64,000 nucleotides of DNA from Octopus vulgaris (lineage: Eukaryota), in contig OX597821.1 of NCBI GenBank assembly GCA_951406725.2, positions 67,208,001 to 67,272,000 on the forward strand, given 5' to 3'. Within the stretch, counting starts at the first letter, position 1. Each line of letters starts with the position of its first letter. This document shows positions 13,350 to 25,362 of this stretch, one piece after another. A program made the translations under genes and the position numbers. The notes beneath the pieces were generated by a model that was given only the letters and a program-made list of their open reading frames with translations, was not told where the DNA came from and ran no database searches.

Positions 13350-13985
13350 TATTTTATAGGTTTCGACCAGTATAGGCCCAGGTAATGTCTAACTCAATAG
13401 CACCACCTGGTGAAGTCATTTAGTCATATATGGGACACCATAGCTCACTCTAGCAAAGTTATTATTGTTGGAGACATATCCAGGTGTAGGAGGTAGGCCC
13501 GGGATTTTTTGAAGAAATTTGTCCAGTGTATATTTGAAGTATATGGGATCCGTTTCCGTTTTGACGTATTTTGGTATGGTATTAAAGAGAGTTGGACCGG
13601 TTGAGGTAAAGTAATTGTGACGTAATGTTGCTATGTGTACCGAGTTAGATTTTTGTAGTGGGCGGACAGCACGGGGGCCAAGTGTTCGATGGATTTTAAA
13701 ATTGATGCCAACATCATTTGTGCAATATTGATGGAATATTTTCCACATAACACAAATGATGTAGCGCTCCCGGCGGCGTTGGAGAGAGTAGAGATTGAGT
13801 TTTTTTTTTAGTTGACCCCAATAAAAAATGCCCCTCATGCCGTCTATCTTTCTTGTCATTGACCTCTGGAGTGCTTCTACTTTCATAATGACTTGCTTCG
13901 TATGGGGGTGGGGGGACAACAGTGGGCAACAGTACTGAAGGTGGGATCGAACAAAAGCAGAGCAGAGATGGATGATGGATGATGG
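13350..13985 (-). mobile_element. CR1-group LINE 3' end (RT thumb, C-terminus and UTR)
   Basis: SAFVRSHLQYCCPLLSP..KVEALQRSMTRKI..LNLYSLQRRRERY..WKI..GPTLFNTIP..FKYTLDKFL (ORF 13416-13994). Confidence 0.85.
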
Positions 13986-14339
13986 AGTAGGCACCTGTTT
14001 CTTATAGGTTTACGCATGGATACACATAATAATTATTACGTGTTAGACCCGACTTCACTTACAATATATTCGTTACTATCCATCGATGTTTTCCCTAAAC
14101 TATTATTTCTGATATGAATTATATGAAACATCAGGAAGAAAATATATATTGCTCTGTATTTGATTTCATAGGGTTGTGTCGCTGAGTATGTATCTTGTCC
14201 CTATTAAGAAGGAGATGTTATTAAATGTGGAACTATGCACCTATGAAAGTAGAGGTACTTATTGTTAACTACATGGACATAGTTTATCCCTCACTAAATG
14301 AAACTGTAAAAATTAATACTATCGTTACGATCTCATTCT
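13938..14339 (+). repeat. Local duplication, copy 1 (partner 18263-18684)
   Basis: Colinear similarity over ~400 bp. Confidence 0.9.
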
Positions 14340-14650
14340 CATTACCATTGTTTTCTGGATATTCTGAGTGTTTAAGAGTCGAATTACTAAACTAGAACTG
14401 TGAAGCGGCAAAATCCTTAAAGAGTGAATGAGACTATTCCAAGAATTTGTTCCGTCTCTTTGCGTTCTGAGATCAAATCCCATCGTTCATTACTTGACCG
14501 GTAAACTTAATCCGTCACTAGGTGTCAGATACGTTTAGATTCGTCGTCCTCTCTGTTGCTAATGTTCGAGCCTTGGTTCTGGTTTGAGGATATCTTTTCT
14601 CCTGTCCCTTTTCACTTAAGTACGAAATAAATTAATATTATGTTATATTA

Positions 14651-14860
14651 AGGCAGTGAGCTGGCAGAACCGATGATATATGGTACAAAATGCTCAGCGG
14701 CATTTCATTCGTCTTTACGTTCTGAGTTCAAATTCTGCCGAGGTCGACTTTAACTTTTATCACTTCGGATATCAATAAAATAAGTACCAAATAGGTACTG
14801 GGGTCGATGTAATCGACTCCTCCCCCGAACTTGCTCGCCTTATGCCAAAATTTGAAACCA
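14651..14860 (+). mobile_element. SINE family A, old monomer
   Basis: aggcagtgagctggcagaa...gttctgagttcaaattctgccgaggtcgac...aaatttgaaacc. Confidence 0.8.
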
Positions 14861-15848
14861 AAATTACATCGTATAAAATGTCGTTTATTTCTTAAAAGGA
14901 AGAAAACACGGTCAAATTTGCCGACTTAGCCGCTGTTTCTAGCAGATCGAATGACTACATAGCGGTTCCATTGTTACTGGTTTTTTGAGATATTAAACAT
15001 TGACAAGGGTTAATAATAATAAAAGAAAAAAGGAAATGGGTATAGAAATAAAACAAATGGGAAAAGAAAACGCGCAAGTAAAGAAAAACAATCTGGAATT
15101 TAAGATGGAAGAGAGTATACATAACTTATGCTCTGTTATGGCTGCAGTTTGGAGATATAACTAACGCTTTTCGAAAGCATATCATACGAAACAGGTATTT
15201 AAATGAAATATTCCTACCACACTCTCCCACACACAAAAGCAATGCTTGTAGCTAGTCATTTATAAAGCAACATAACGAAAGTGCAACTTACTCCATTTGT
15301 ATTTGGTTACAGAACTGTAATGAAGAGTGATTGATAAATTATAGATTGCGGGCTTGGCTCTAACATGCAATAATCGATTATAGAAACTACAGCAAGATTG
15401 AGACGCTTGTCTCATTTGTGGCTGTTTTTCGTCTTAACTCCACTGTTTAATTGAATTTTAAGTTGATTGCAGTTATCTCTGGAAATTTAGAGAAATTTCC
15501 GAAGAACAAAAAAAAAAAAAAACAGCCCCCAAAAAACATTATAATGGATTAATGTTTCAGATTTATTAAATTCATTTCGTAAAGGAATTTCAAAATTATT
15601 AGTGTCTGTGATAATTTTCTCCCGCTTGTTCTTATCTAGTTCCTACTTCGTTCTTTCAATCTCTCTATTTATCAGTCATTGCACACGCATTCCCGCTCAC
15701 TCTTCCTCACTTTCTTTTCCTCATATTCTCTCTCTTTCACTCTCTCTCTCTCTCTCTCTCGTTGAGTAGATAGAGAAAAAGAATAACACACACACACACA
15801 CACACACACATAAATATATATATAGTGTATGTATATCCCTGTATGTAC

Positions 15849-15913
<65 letters not shown>

Positions 15914-16253
15914 TAGATAGATGGAAGAGGTGTATGTTTACCTGTATATATGCATGTATGTATGCATATATGTGTATATCTCTCACACATTCTCTCTACA
16001 TTTCGTTGTTTATGTATACAATACATTTTCTAACTTTATTCTCTTACTACCCCTCAATTCTCAGTTCCTCTCAATTCAATATTTCCCCACTTCCCACGTT
16101 ATCTTACTCATTCGAATAACCTACACTTCTTTCTAAACCGCACCCACCCACCGTATTTCTACTCTTATCTATAAACAAAGCGAAATTAACACACCTTCCT
16201 CACTCCCGCGCTTCCTCTATATTTATATCTTTCTCATTTTTCATTGTTCTATT

Positions 16254-16312
<59 letters not shown>

Positions 16313-16725
16313 TGTGTATATCCACACACATACAGATGCATACGTTCATGCATATTACTCTTTTACTTGTTTCAGTCATTTGACATTCATGCATACATAT
16401 ATATGCACGGTCTTGTACATACGTGCATATATATGTATGTATGGACGTTCGTATATGTATGTATAACGTATATTCTGTATATATATATTTGTATTTATGT
16501 GCCCATCTGGTATATTCTACTGACGAAGGCAGAGCTTATTTGAAGCAAAGCCAGAAATCCAGGATCTTAAATTATCCAGTAAAATCTTTTTTTGCTAGTT
16601 TATTTTGTCTCGCTGTCTTATCTCATGGCGAGATATGAACATTTAAGGTGGTTTTAGGGTCAGAGTTTTGACTGCTATTTCGGCATGGTGGTATCTCTCA
16701 GATACCCTTATTTATAGTTTTATAC

Positions 16726-16856
<131 letters not shown>

Positions 16857-16899
16857 TCTATACACACACGCATACATACATATTCTTTTGTACTTTTAG

Positions 16900-17477
16900 G
16901 CTTTTATTTGTTTCAGTCATTTGACTGCGGCCATGCTGGAGTACTGCCATTTAGTCGAACAAATCGACCCCAGGACTTATTTTTGTAAGCCTAGTAATTA
17001 TTCTATCGATGGCTTTTGAGGAACCGCTAAGTTACAGGGACATAGATACGCCGCCATCAGTTGTCACACAATGATAGGGGGACAAACACAGGCACACAAA
17101 CATACACATATACACACATATATACATATATATACGACGGGCGTCTTCCAGTTTCCGTCTACCAAATCACTCAACAGGCTTTGGTCGACCCGACGTTATA
17201 CCAGAAGTCACATGCCCAAGTTGCCACGAAGTGGGACTGAACCTGGAACCATGTGGCTGGTAAGCATATGATTCCTGCTTCAGCCTACACACACACACAA
17301 ACACACACAAACATATATATGATGCGCTTTTTTTCAGTTTTCGTCTACCGAACCACTCACAAGGGTTTGGCCGGCACAAGACTATAGTAGAAGACACTTG
17401 TCCAAGGTGACATGCAGTGGGAATAAACCCGGAACCCTGTGCTTCGTAAGCTACTACCACACAGCCACGCCTGCGCA
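16900..17477 (-). mobile_element. SINE family B, full copy plus a second 5' half
   Basis: gtttcagtcatttgactgcggccatgctgg to ~17285; second head at 17330-17477 (accacacagccacgcctgcgc). Confidence 0.85.
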
Positions 17478-17492
17478 TCTCTCTCTCTCTCA

Positions 17493-17528
<36 letters not shown>

Positions 17529-17533
17529 GCATG

Positions 17534-17564
<31 letters not shown>

Positions 17565-17756
17565 ATATGCATATACATGCATATACATATATATGCACAA
17601 GTTTGTCTGTGTATGTGTGGGCGCGCGCATTTGTGTAGAAATAACGCTATTTATTTTAGATGCTCTGTATGAATCGGTGAGTTACATTCGCTCATACGTC
17701 TTTGTTATCACAGTTAAATATAAACGCACACACACACATGTAGTAGTAGTAGTAGT

Positions 17757-17788
<32 letters not shown>

Positions 17789-18066
17789 TGTAGTAGTAGT
17801 GGTTGTAGTAGCAGCAGCAGCAGCAGCAATACTACCAGCAGTATGAGTAAGAGGAGAGTAGGAGGGAAGGAGGAGAGGAAGTATAAATAGGAGAGGAAGG
17901 AGGAAGGATACATAGACAAATAAGAGAGTATTATATACTATACGCAAGGCGTAGAATCTTTGTGCGTAAGGGTGTTAAATATCCAAAAACGATTTGTTGA
18001 AAATAGATACAAACTGTTGTATTAAGTGCATGTCTTCTGGTTTTTACACACTCACATTCTCACTCA

Positions 18067-18154
<88 letters not shown>

Positions 18155-18262
18155 CGGATGGATGGATATATGGATGAACAGACGGGCGGCTGGATGGATG
18201 GATGGATGGATGTGTAATGGGGTTTAATCGTATATCTTAGATATACAAAATTCTGTATATCT

Positions 18263-18684
18263 AAGGTAGGGTCGGGCAAAAGCAGAGCAGAGATGGATGA
18301 TGGATGATGGAGTAGGCACCTGTTTCTTATAGGTTTACGCTTGGGTACACATAACAATAATTATTACGTGTTAGTCCCGACTTCACTTACAAGATTATCG
18401 CTACTATCCATCGATGTATTCCCTAAACTATTGTTTCTGATATGAATTACATGAAACACCAGGAAGAAAAAAATAACGCTCTTATAAAGATATTGCTCTG
18501 TATTTGATTTCATTGGGTTCTGTTGCTGAGTATGTATCTTGTTCCTATTAAAAAGGAGATGTTATTAAATATGGATCTATGCACCTATGAAAGGAGAAGT
18601 AATTATTGCTAACTACATGGACTTAGTTTTGCCCTCGCCAAATGAAACTGTAAGAAAATAATACTATCGTCACGCTCTCATTCT
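18263..18684 (+). repeat. Local duplication, copy 2 (partner 13938-14339)
   Basis: aaaagcagagcagagatggatgatggatgatggagtaggcacctgtttcttataggtttacgc is identical in both copies. Confidence 0.9.
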
Positions 18685-19161
18685 TTAACTATTTCTTCAT
18701 ATATCGAAAACGTAAGGATCGATTTTTGACCCCTGTTCGTCAAGTGTCACTTGGCCAATACAAAAGTACCAAGTGATCAAACCGTTCATATATACGACAA
18801 ATCCAATAACACCAGAGAACTGGAAACTACAAATGTGCATGTGGCTTGTCAAGGTATATTCTAGTCACAGAGTATCAGGATATGATATATGTATAACTAT
18901 ACATCAATGTTTGACAAGTTTTCATGTGTAGCTTTAAAACCGTGACGTTTCGAATGTTAGACTTTCAGCAGAAAACTTATAGAATGAGTGAAAAAATTAG
19001 TCAATGAGAAAAACAGATGTTAGAAAGTATGTGACAATGCTGTTCTATAGAGGAGCTAAACAGGGAGGACGGGCGCGTGTGTGGATGCAGTATAAGAATG
19101 TAGCCATTTTTGGAAGCGAATAAAATGGAAATACTGTTTGCGTGCGAATAAAGTGTGTGTG

Positions 19162-19240
<79 letters not shown>

Positions 19241-19245
<5 letters not shown>

Positions 19246-19544
19246 CAAGGAACGGCCATAATAGGCCATTCACCCACTAGAAATAACAGCCAAAAGCTTT
19301 AACCGCAAAATAACATCAATTCCGTAAACCAGGAGAAAATTAAAAAACATTTACCCTGTAATTTCTTATACGATGCACCGTTTCATCTACCGTTTAATGG
19401 TAAACTAACCTGATTAAAGAAATTACAGGGTAAATGTTTTTTAATTTTCTCCTGGTTTACGGAATTGATGTTATTTTGCGGTTAAAGCTTTTTGGCTGTT
19501 ATTTCTAGTGGGTGAATGGCCTATTATGGCCATTCCTTGATTGT
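19241..19544. repeat. Near-perfect 127-bp inverted repeat with 49-bp spacer
   Basis: 19241-19367 vs 19417-19544: one substitution and one 1-nt indel by eye. Confidence 0.95.
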
Positions 19545-19646
19545 GATGTTGAACTTAAAAATGGTTTATGACTATTTAATTTTTTCCCACTAGGCCACTG
19601 GTGGCAAAAGAATTCTACAAAACTTTTTTTGCCACCCTATATTGAT

Positions 19647-19689
<43 letters not shown>

Positions 19690-20797
19690 CGGTTTGTATA
19701 GTGTATGGTGGGTGTCGGTGTGCATGTATAATCGCTAGGTGTGTCGTGTGGAAGCTTATATATGAACAGGCAGGCACAGCAGTGAAGAGGCAGGCACTGC
19801 TGGGAATTTGAAGAAAGAAGCATATCGTTGAAGCAAAAGCGTTGGCAGGTGCAACATAAAATGTCTAACAAAGCGTATCAGGAAATAACGAACAAATATC
19901 GGAACTTTTTAACTTCGACTGAATGTTTATATTAACACTTGAAAGAGGGAACAATTATTCAACGCTGTGGGTATAGAAAATCTCAAAAACAGTAGGGAAA
20001 ATGTGAAAATTTCGACAAAATGGGTTCAGATTAGCATGATTTAGCTTAACTTCAAGAAGATGGTAATAAACTGGTAAAACCCACAAATGAGAAAGATAAA
20101 GGAGCTACTAAATACCACTGAGAAAAAAAATAGGCTGCACAGGTGAGAAGCTAGATGTGATGAATGTGGTACAGTAATGAAATGGCGGTTAATTACATTG
20201 TTTTTTTTATGTCTGAAAGAAGTGTGAATAGAAAGGGAAGAGAAGTAATAAGAGAAAAATCGTGTGTGCTTATTGCAAAACTTATGAGTTTCTAGCGCTT
20301 ATGTAGATATATCAATTTAAAGAGAAGAAATGTATGATTAGAAATTGTCACTAAAGCGAAAGTACCGCAGTGTTAAACAATGTGTATGTGAGTGAAAGCC
20401 CCAGGGCTTATGCGTCCGCGAAGCGGTTGGAATTTGCATATATGTATGTGTATGAAACTATGAGTGAATAGAGAGGAGCTATGTATTAGAATGTTAAAAG
20501 GTATGAGACTGCACATAGGTAAATCAGCTGGCTTTTGACATATGTTGCTCCGCCGCCTGTGCATGTAATAAACATGTACGTACGTGCAGAAACACTCCCA
20601 CACATGCAAGAATACACGCATGCGCACATACGTGTACATATATATACATGTATGTATAACCCAGAAACCGAGAATATGCATCTCGATATCGTCAAATGTC
20701 TGAATGAGGTTTTTTTCTTTCCCAACTTGTGCTGAGACAACTGTATTCTATAAAATGGTTTTGGATCGGATTTTGGGCAAACATGCTAGAACTATTT

Positions 20798-21128
20798 GAG
20801 ACCCCGCTTAGGTCATGACTGACCTTGGGATTGCACCTAGAAAGTTACCCTCCCAGGCACAAGTCCTGGCAAGGATGTTTTATGGAAGACCAGCAGTCGC
20901 CCATGCATACCGGCCTCCCCTCTCCACGCCACCAGTGTTATCCAAGGGAAAGGCAAAGATCGATACAGCTGTGACGTCTCAACTCATTTCTACAGCTGGG
21001 TGAGCTGGAGCAACGTGAAATAAAGTGTCTTGCTCAAGAACAGAACCACGCTGCCCGGCCCAGGATTCGAACTCACAACCTCACGATCGTAAGCTCGACG
21101 CTCTAACCACTGAGCCATGAGCCTTCAC
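20798..21128 (-). mobile_element. tRNA-derived CORE-like SINE (family C, tail variant 2)
   Basis: Reverse complement: tggctcagtggttagagcg...gagttcgaatcc...ttcttgagcaagacactttatttcacgttgctccag. Confidence 0.85.
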
Positions 21129-22426
21129 CATTCATAATATAACATGCTAGAACCATTCATGCTAGAACTATATGATTCGTAATATAACATGCTAGAACTA
21201 TTCATAATATAACTGTCGAATATTTCTTCAGTCCCACCGTGGTATATACTGCAGACTCGATTTTCAAAAATTTTGTCTCAAGTTCACACACACACAATCG
21301 CGCGTGGATGTGTGTTTATGTGCGTGTGCATGTCCATATATATATATATATATATATATGCTAGTGTATGCGTGTAAATATGTGTGTTCACAGAAATCGG
21401 TTGTCTGACAGAGAATATCAGAAAAGAAAGCAGAGAAAAAGGGAAAGGCTTTAAGTAGAGAAATATAACGACTTGGAGGTAGAATGACTAAGTCAGAACA
21501 GCTAACTGGGTAGATGGATATTTCCTATATTTGAACGCTAAGTATATGATATTAACGAATAAATACAAGCAGCAACAAACTTAGACAATAGAAAAAGCAA
21601 TGCATTTTGGATAAACTGTCTTTCAGATTATTGCTTCTTTGAAAAGAAGAAATAAATAAAAGGCAAAAATGGAAGAATATGAATGTAAGACAAGGAAATT
21701 AGAATTGCATATAAAATATAAAGTCCATAGAATTTAATGCAATCAAAAGAAAAATAACAAATTTATGAATTAAAATGGAAAGAAAAATAGCAGAAGGAAA
21801 ATATTTTGTAAACGTAAATAAAAATACAAAAAAGAAGTCTATCGAAAATTTATACACTGGATAAAAAATATATACATATATGCGAAATGAAATTACAAAA
21901 AGTAATTTAAACACAGCCAGACATACACACACAGAGAAATATGTGTGTGTGTGATGGAAAGAGAAAAATAGAGAGTTTGCGTTGGTTTCGTATATTGTTG
22001 TCTGTTATCCAAGTATCATTGGTTCACTTGTGTTTAGATGTAATTATAACTATACCGCCATTGCTAGAGGGATGCGTACGTATTACTCTTTTGGTGTACA
22101 CTCCCTTCTTCAATATTGCGTCATTTAACATACAACGTATAGTTGTTTTAGTGCGGTAGTTTTTAGTGTCTTCTTAAAATGCGATCTACTGAGCAAAATT
22201 TAAATATTTCTTTTTAACTGATTCCGTATTTTTAAGAGTATTTGTTTGGAGAATAGTATTTTTTTTTATCCTGTTTGCGAAAATAAATGTAAATTTCCAT
22301 TTTTCTAATCTGTCTAGATTGCTTGTTGGTCTGGAATTTAGCGAGACATGTCAAGTATATAGTCAATATATTTGCATTGACTTGAATACAAACTACTTAT
22401 ATAGCAAAGATGCCAGTCTTTACTCG

Positions 22427-22493
<67 letters not shown>

Positions 22494-22934
22494 GTGTGTG
22501 TATGTATGTATGTATGTATGTATGTATGTATGTATGTATTTATATTTATATGCGTGTGTGAGAATAAAACACAACAGCAGATGTCTTTATTTTGAATACG
22601 TTGAATACACATGTTTCTAGTAGTTATGTAAGACAACCCTTATATAATGTGATTCTCTTCAGTCAACGTTTCAAAATACAAGCTAAAGAAATAGCATTTG
22701 TAGGGATGGTCGTTGAATACCCGCCTTAAAACAGATACAAAAGAGGGAATAGGGGATACAGAAAACATAGAAGGAAATAGAGGTTGGGGAATAAAAAAAA
22801 AGATGAATATGAAAATGGTAGAGAAAAGGAAAATACATAAGCGCTTGAGGAAGCAAGGAATTCAAGGAAACGAGGTAAATAGATAAATAAATATATGGTT
22901 AAATAGACAAGAACAATAATGGCAAGAATATCAG

Positions 22935-23440
22935 AAAAAGAAAATTAAAAGAAAGAAGAAGGAAGAAGAGGAAGAAGAGGAAGCAGAAGGGGAAAGAGAA
23001 GAAGAAAAAGAAGAAGAGGAAGCAGATGGGGAAGAAGAAGAAGAAGAAGAAAAAGAAGAAGAAGAAGAAAAAGAAGAAGAAGAAGAAGAAGAAGAAGGAG
23101 GAGGAGGAGGAGGAGGAGAAAAGAAGAAGGAGAAGGAGGAAAAGAAGAAAAGAAGAAGAAGAAGAAGAAGAAGAAGAAGAAAGAAAAGAAAAAGAAAAAG
23201 GAGAAGAAGAAGACGAAGAAGGAGGAGGAGGAGGAGGAGGAAAAAGAAGAAGGAGAAGGAGGAAAAGAAGAAAAGAAGAAGAAGAAGAAAGAAAAGAAAA
23301 AGAAAAAGGAGAATAGGAAGACGAAGAAGAAGAAGACGAAGAAGAAGAAGAAGAAGAAGAAGAAGAAGAAGAAGAAGAAGAAGAAGAAGAAGAAGAAGAA
23401 GAGGGAGGAGGAGAAGAAACAGAAGATGAAAGGGTAGGAA
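22935..23440. repeat. ~500-bp almost pure purine (GAA/GGA)n tract with a higher-order duplication
   Basis: Seen directly; 23097-23220 recurs at ~23221-23328. Confidence 0.9.
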
Positions 23441-24297
23441 GCATAAAATTAACTTAAAATCATAAAACGGGGACGAATAATAAAGAAAAATAACACAGAC
23501 TGACAAAAACTAGGCCCTAGCAGAGGGCAAAAATTAAAAGAAATTAAAAAGACACATGCAAAAGGGAAACAATAAAATGCAAAAAAAGAAAATGAAATAC
23601 CGAATACAAGATCAAATAGGGAATAAAGTAAACTCAAAAGTAAAAAAAAAAAGGGACCGAAATTTAAATTGTTTACAACACGACAACTGGAATGTATTTG
23701 ACCACCTTTGTAGTATCAGTGACTTGCTACATTGAAACAGTGTATATGTCTCCATACGTAAATGTACATAAATATATACAAAAGATAAGAAGTGAAACAA
23801 TGATAGCCTTAAGAGAAATAAAATAAAATAGCATTGAAATACTATCAGGTGAGGCGAAGGTTTGAGGTTTGTCATTAAAAATCAGACGCAGTATATTGTG
23901 GAAAGATGTGAAATAAGATTTCAAAATTTTAAGCCGCGATAAACTTATCATTAGATCTAAGTCGCTATAAATCTGTGCTCCAAAGGGCGATGAAATGATA
24001 GAATTGTTAGTGGCGGGTACAATGGCTTATATTGTTCGTTTCTGATCTTCACGATTATCGTAAAATTATCTTCCTTTTTTATTTTTCATCGTACCGCAGT
24101 CGATGGAATAGAGTACCAGTGAAATTCAAGAAGGGCAGGTTATTTAATTGACTGTCTATCTATTCTGACATGCGATGTACCAGGATGATACAGAAATGCT
24201 CAGATTCCAGTGGGCTCTAACGACAGGTGAACTGACATACGGATTAGAGTATTACAGCCGTCACATAAAATATCATACGTTTGTAACACGCTTAATC

Positions 24298-24511
24298 TTT
24301 TACTTGCTTCAGTCATTTGACTGTGGCCATGCTGGAGCACCACCTTTAGTCGAGCAAATCGATCCCAAGACTTATTCTTTGTAAGCCTAGTACTTATTCT
24401 ATCGGTGTCTTCTGTCTAACCACTAAGTTACGGGAAGGTAAACACACCAACATCGGTTGCCAAGCTATGTTGAGGGGACAAACACAGATGCACAAACACA
24501 TACACACTCAT

Positions 24512-24580
<69 letters not shown>

Positions 24581-24745
24581 TACGACGGGCTTCGTTCAGT
24601 TTCTGCCTACCAAATCCACTCACAAGGCTTTGGTCGGCCCGAGGCTATAGTAGAAGACACTTGCCCAAGATGCCACGTAGTTTGACTGAACCCGAAACCA
24701 TGTGGTTGGTAAGCAAGCTATTTACCACACAGCCACTCCTACGCC
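24298..24745 (-). mobile_element. SINE family B, full length
   Basis: Tail, internal (TA)n, CORE-like gacacttgcccaag, head accacacagccactcct. Confidence 0.9.
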
Positions 24746-24938
24746 TTATTAATATTATTTGCATCGGTTACATTTGACGGATATTTGGCGGTTTTGTTTG
24801 GGATAATACCGATTCGATAGGGTCCCCTTATAACAGAGAGAGAGAGAGAGAGAAAAAAAGAGGAAGAGAAAGAGGAAGAGAGAGGGGTAACCAGTGTGAG
24901 AGAGGTAGTCTCCAATAGAGGAGAGAGAATATGACAAA

Positions 24939-25274
24939 AACTGCGTGTACTTCATCCCTTGCAGCTGTGGTAGGTTGTACAAAGGCGAAACATGCCGCCC
25001 CTTCAAAATAAGGGTAGAGGAGCATCGCAAAGTTGTAGCACGAGGATATATTGATAAATCGGGTATAGCTGATCATGTATAGAAAAATGGAGACCACCTC
25101 CCTCTGTAGGATGAAGTTAAAATAATAGACAAAGAACACAATTGGAAAATATGAGAATTAAAAGAAGCAGCACATAAGCTAGGATACAACAACCTCCTAA
25201 GTAGACCGAGTGCAGATATGAATAGCATATGGGAACCGGTATTAAGGAAGGATAGGAAAATATTAGATTTATAA
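24939..25274 (+). pseudogene. Penelope GIY-YIG endonuclease domain with three in-frame stops
   Basis: NCVYFIPCSCGRLYKGETCRPFKIRVEEHRK..SGIADHV*..H..*DEVKIIDKE.NWKI*ELKEAAH..LLSR..WEPVL. The stops fall where W, W and R would be expected (TGG>TAG, CGA>TGA). Not in the ORF track. Confidence 0.85.
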
Positions 25275-25295
25275 GCCCTAAAATTCACTCCATAC

Positions 25296-25362
25296 GGGCA
25301 TATGGCGTAGTGGTTAAGAGCGCGGGCTACTAACCTCAAGAGTTCGATTCCAAGCAGCGACC
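25296..25362 (+). other. tRNA-like segment (Pol III A/B boxes) within the PLE terminal region
   Basis: tggcgtagtggttaagagcgcgggctactaacc...gagttcgattcc; homolog at ~30252-30323. Confidence 0.7.

Noticed and set aside
25170-25174. In-frame TGA in the GIY-YIG ORF as possible selenocysteine
   Set aside because: It sits where Arg is expected (CGA>TGA) and two TAG stops are also present; simple decay.
25296-25362. Functional tRNA gene
   Set aside because: Stems are broken, this copy has a deletion, and it is embedded in a repeat.
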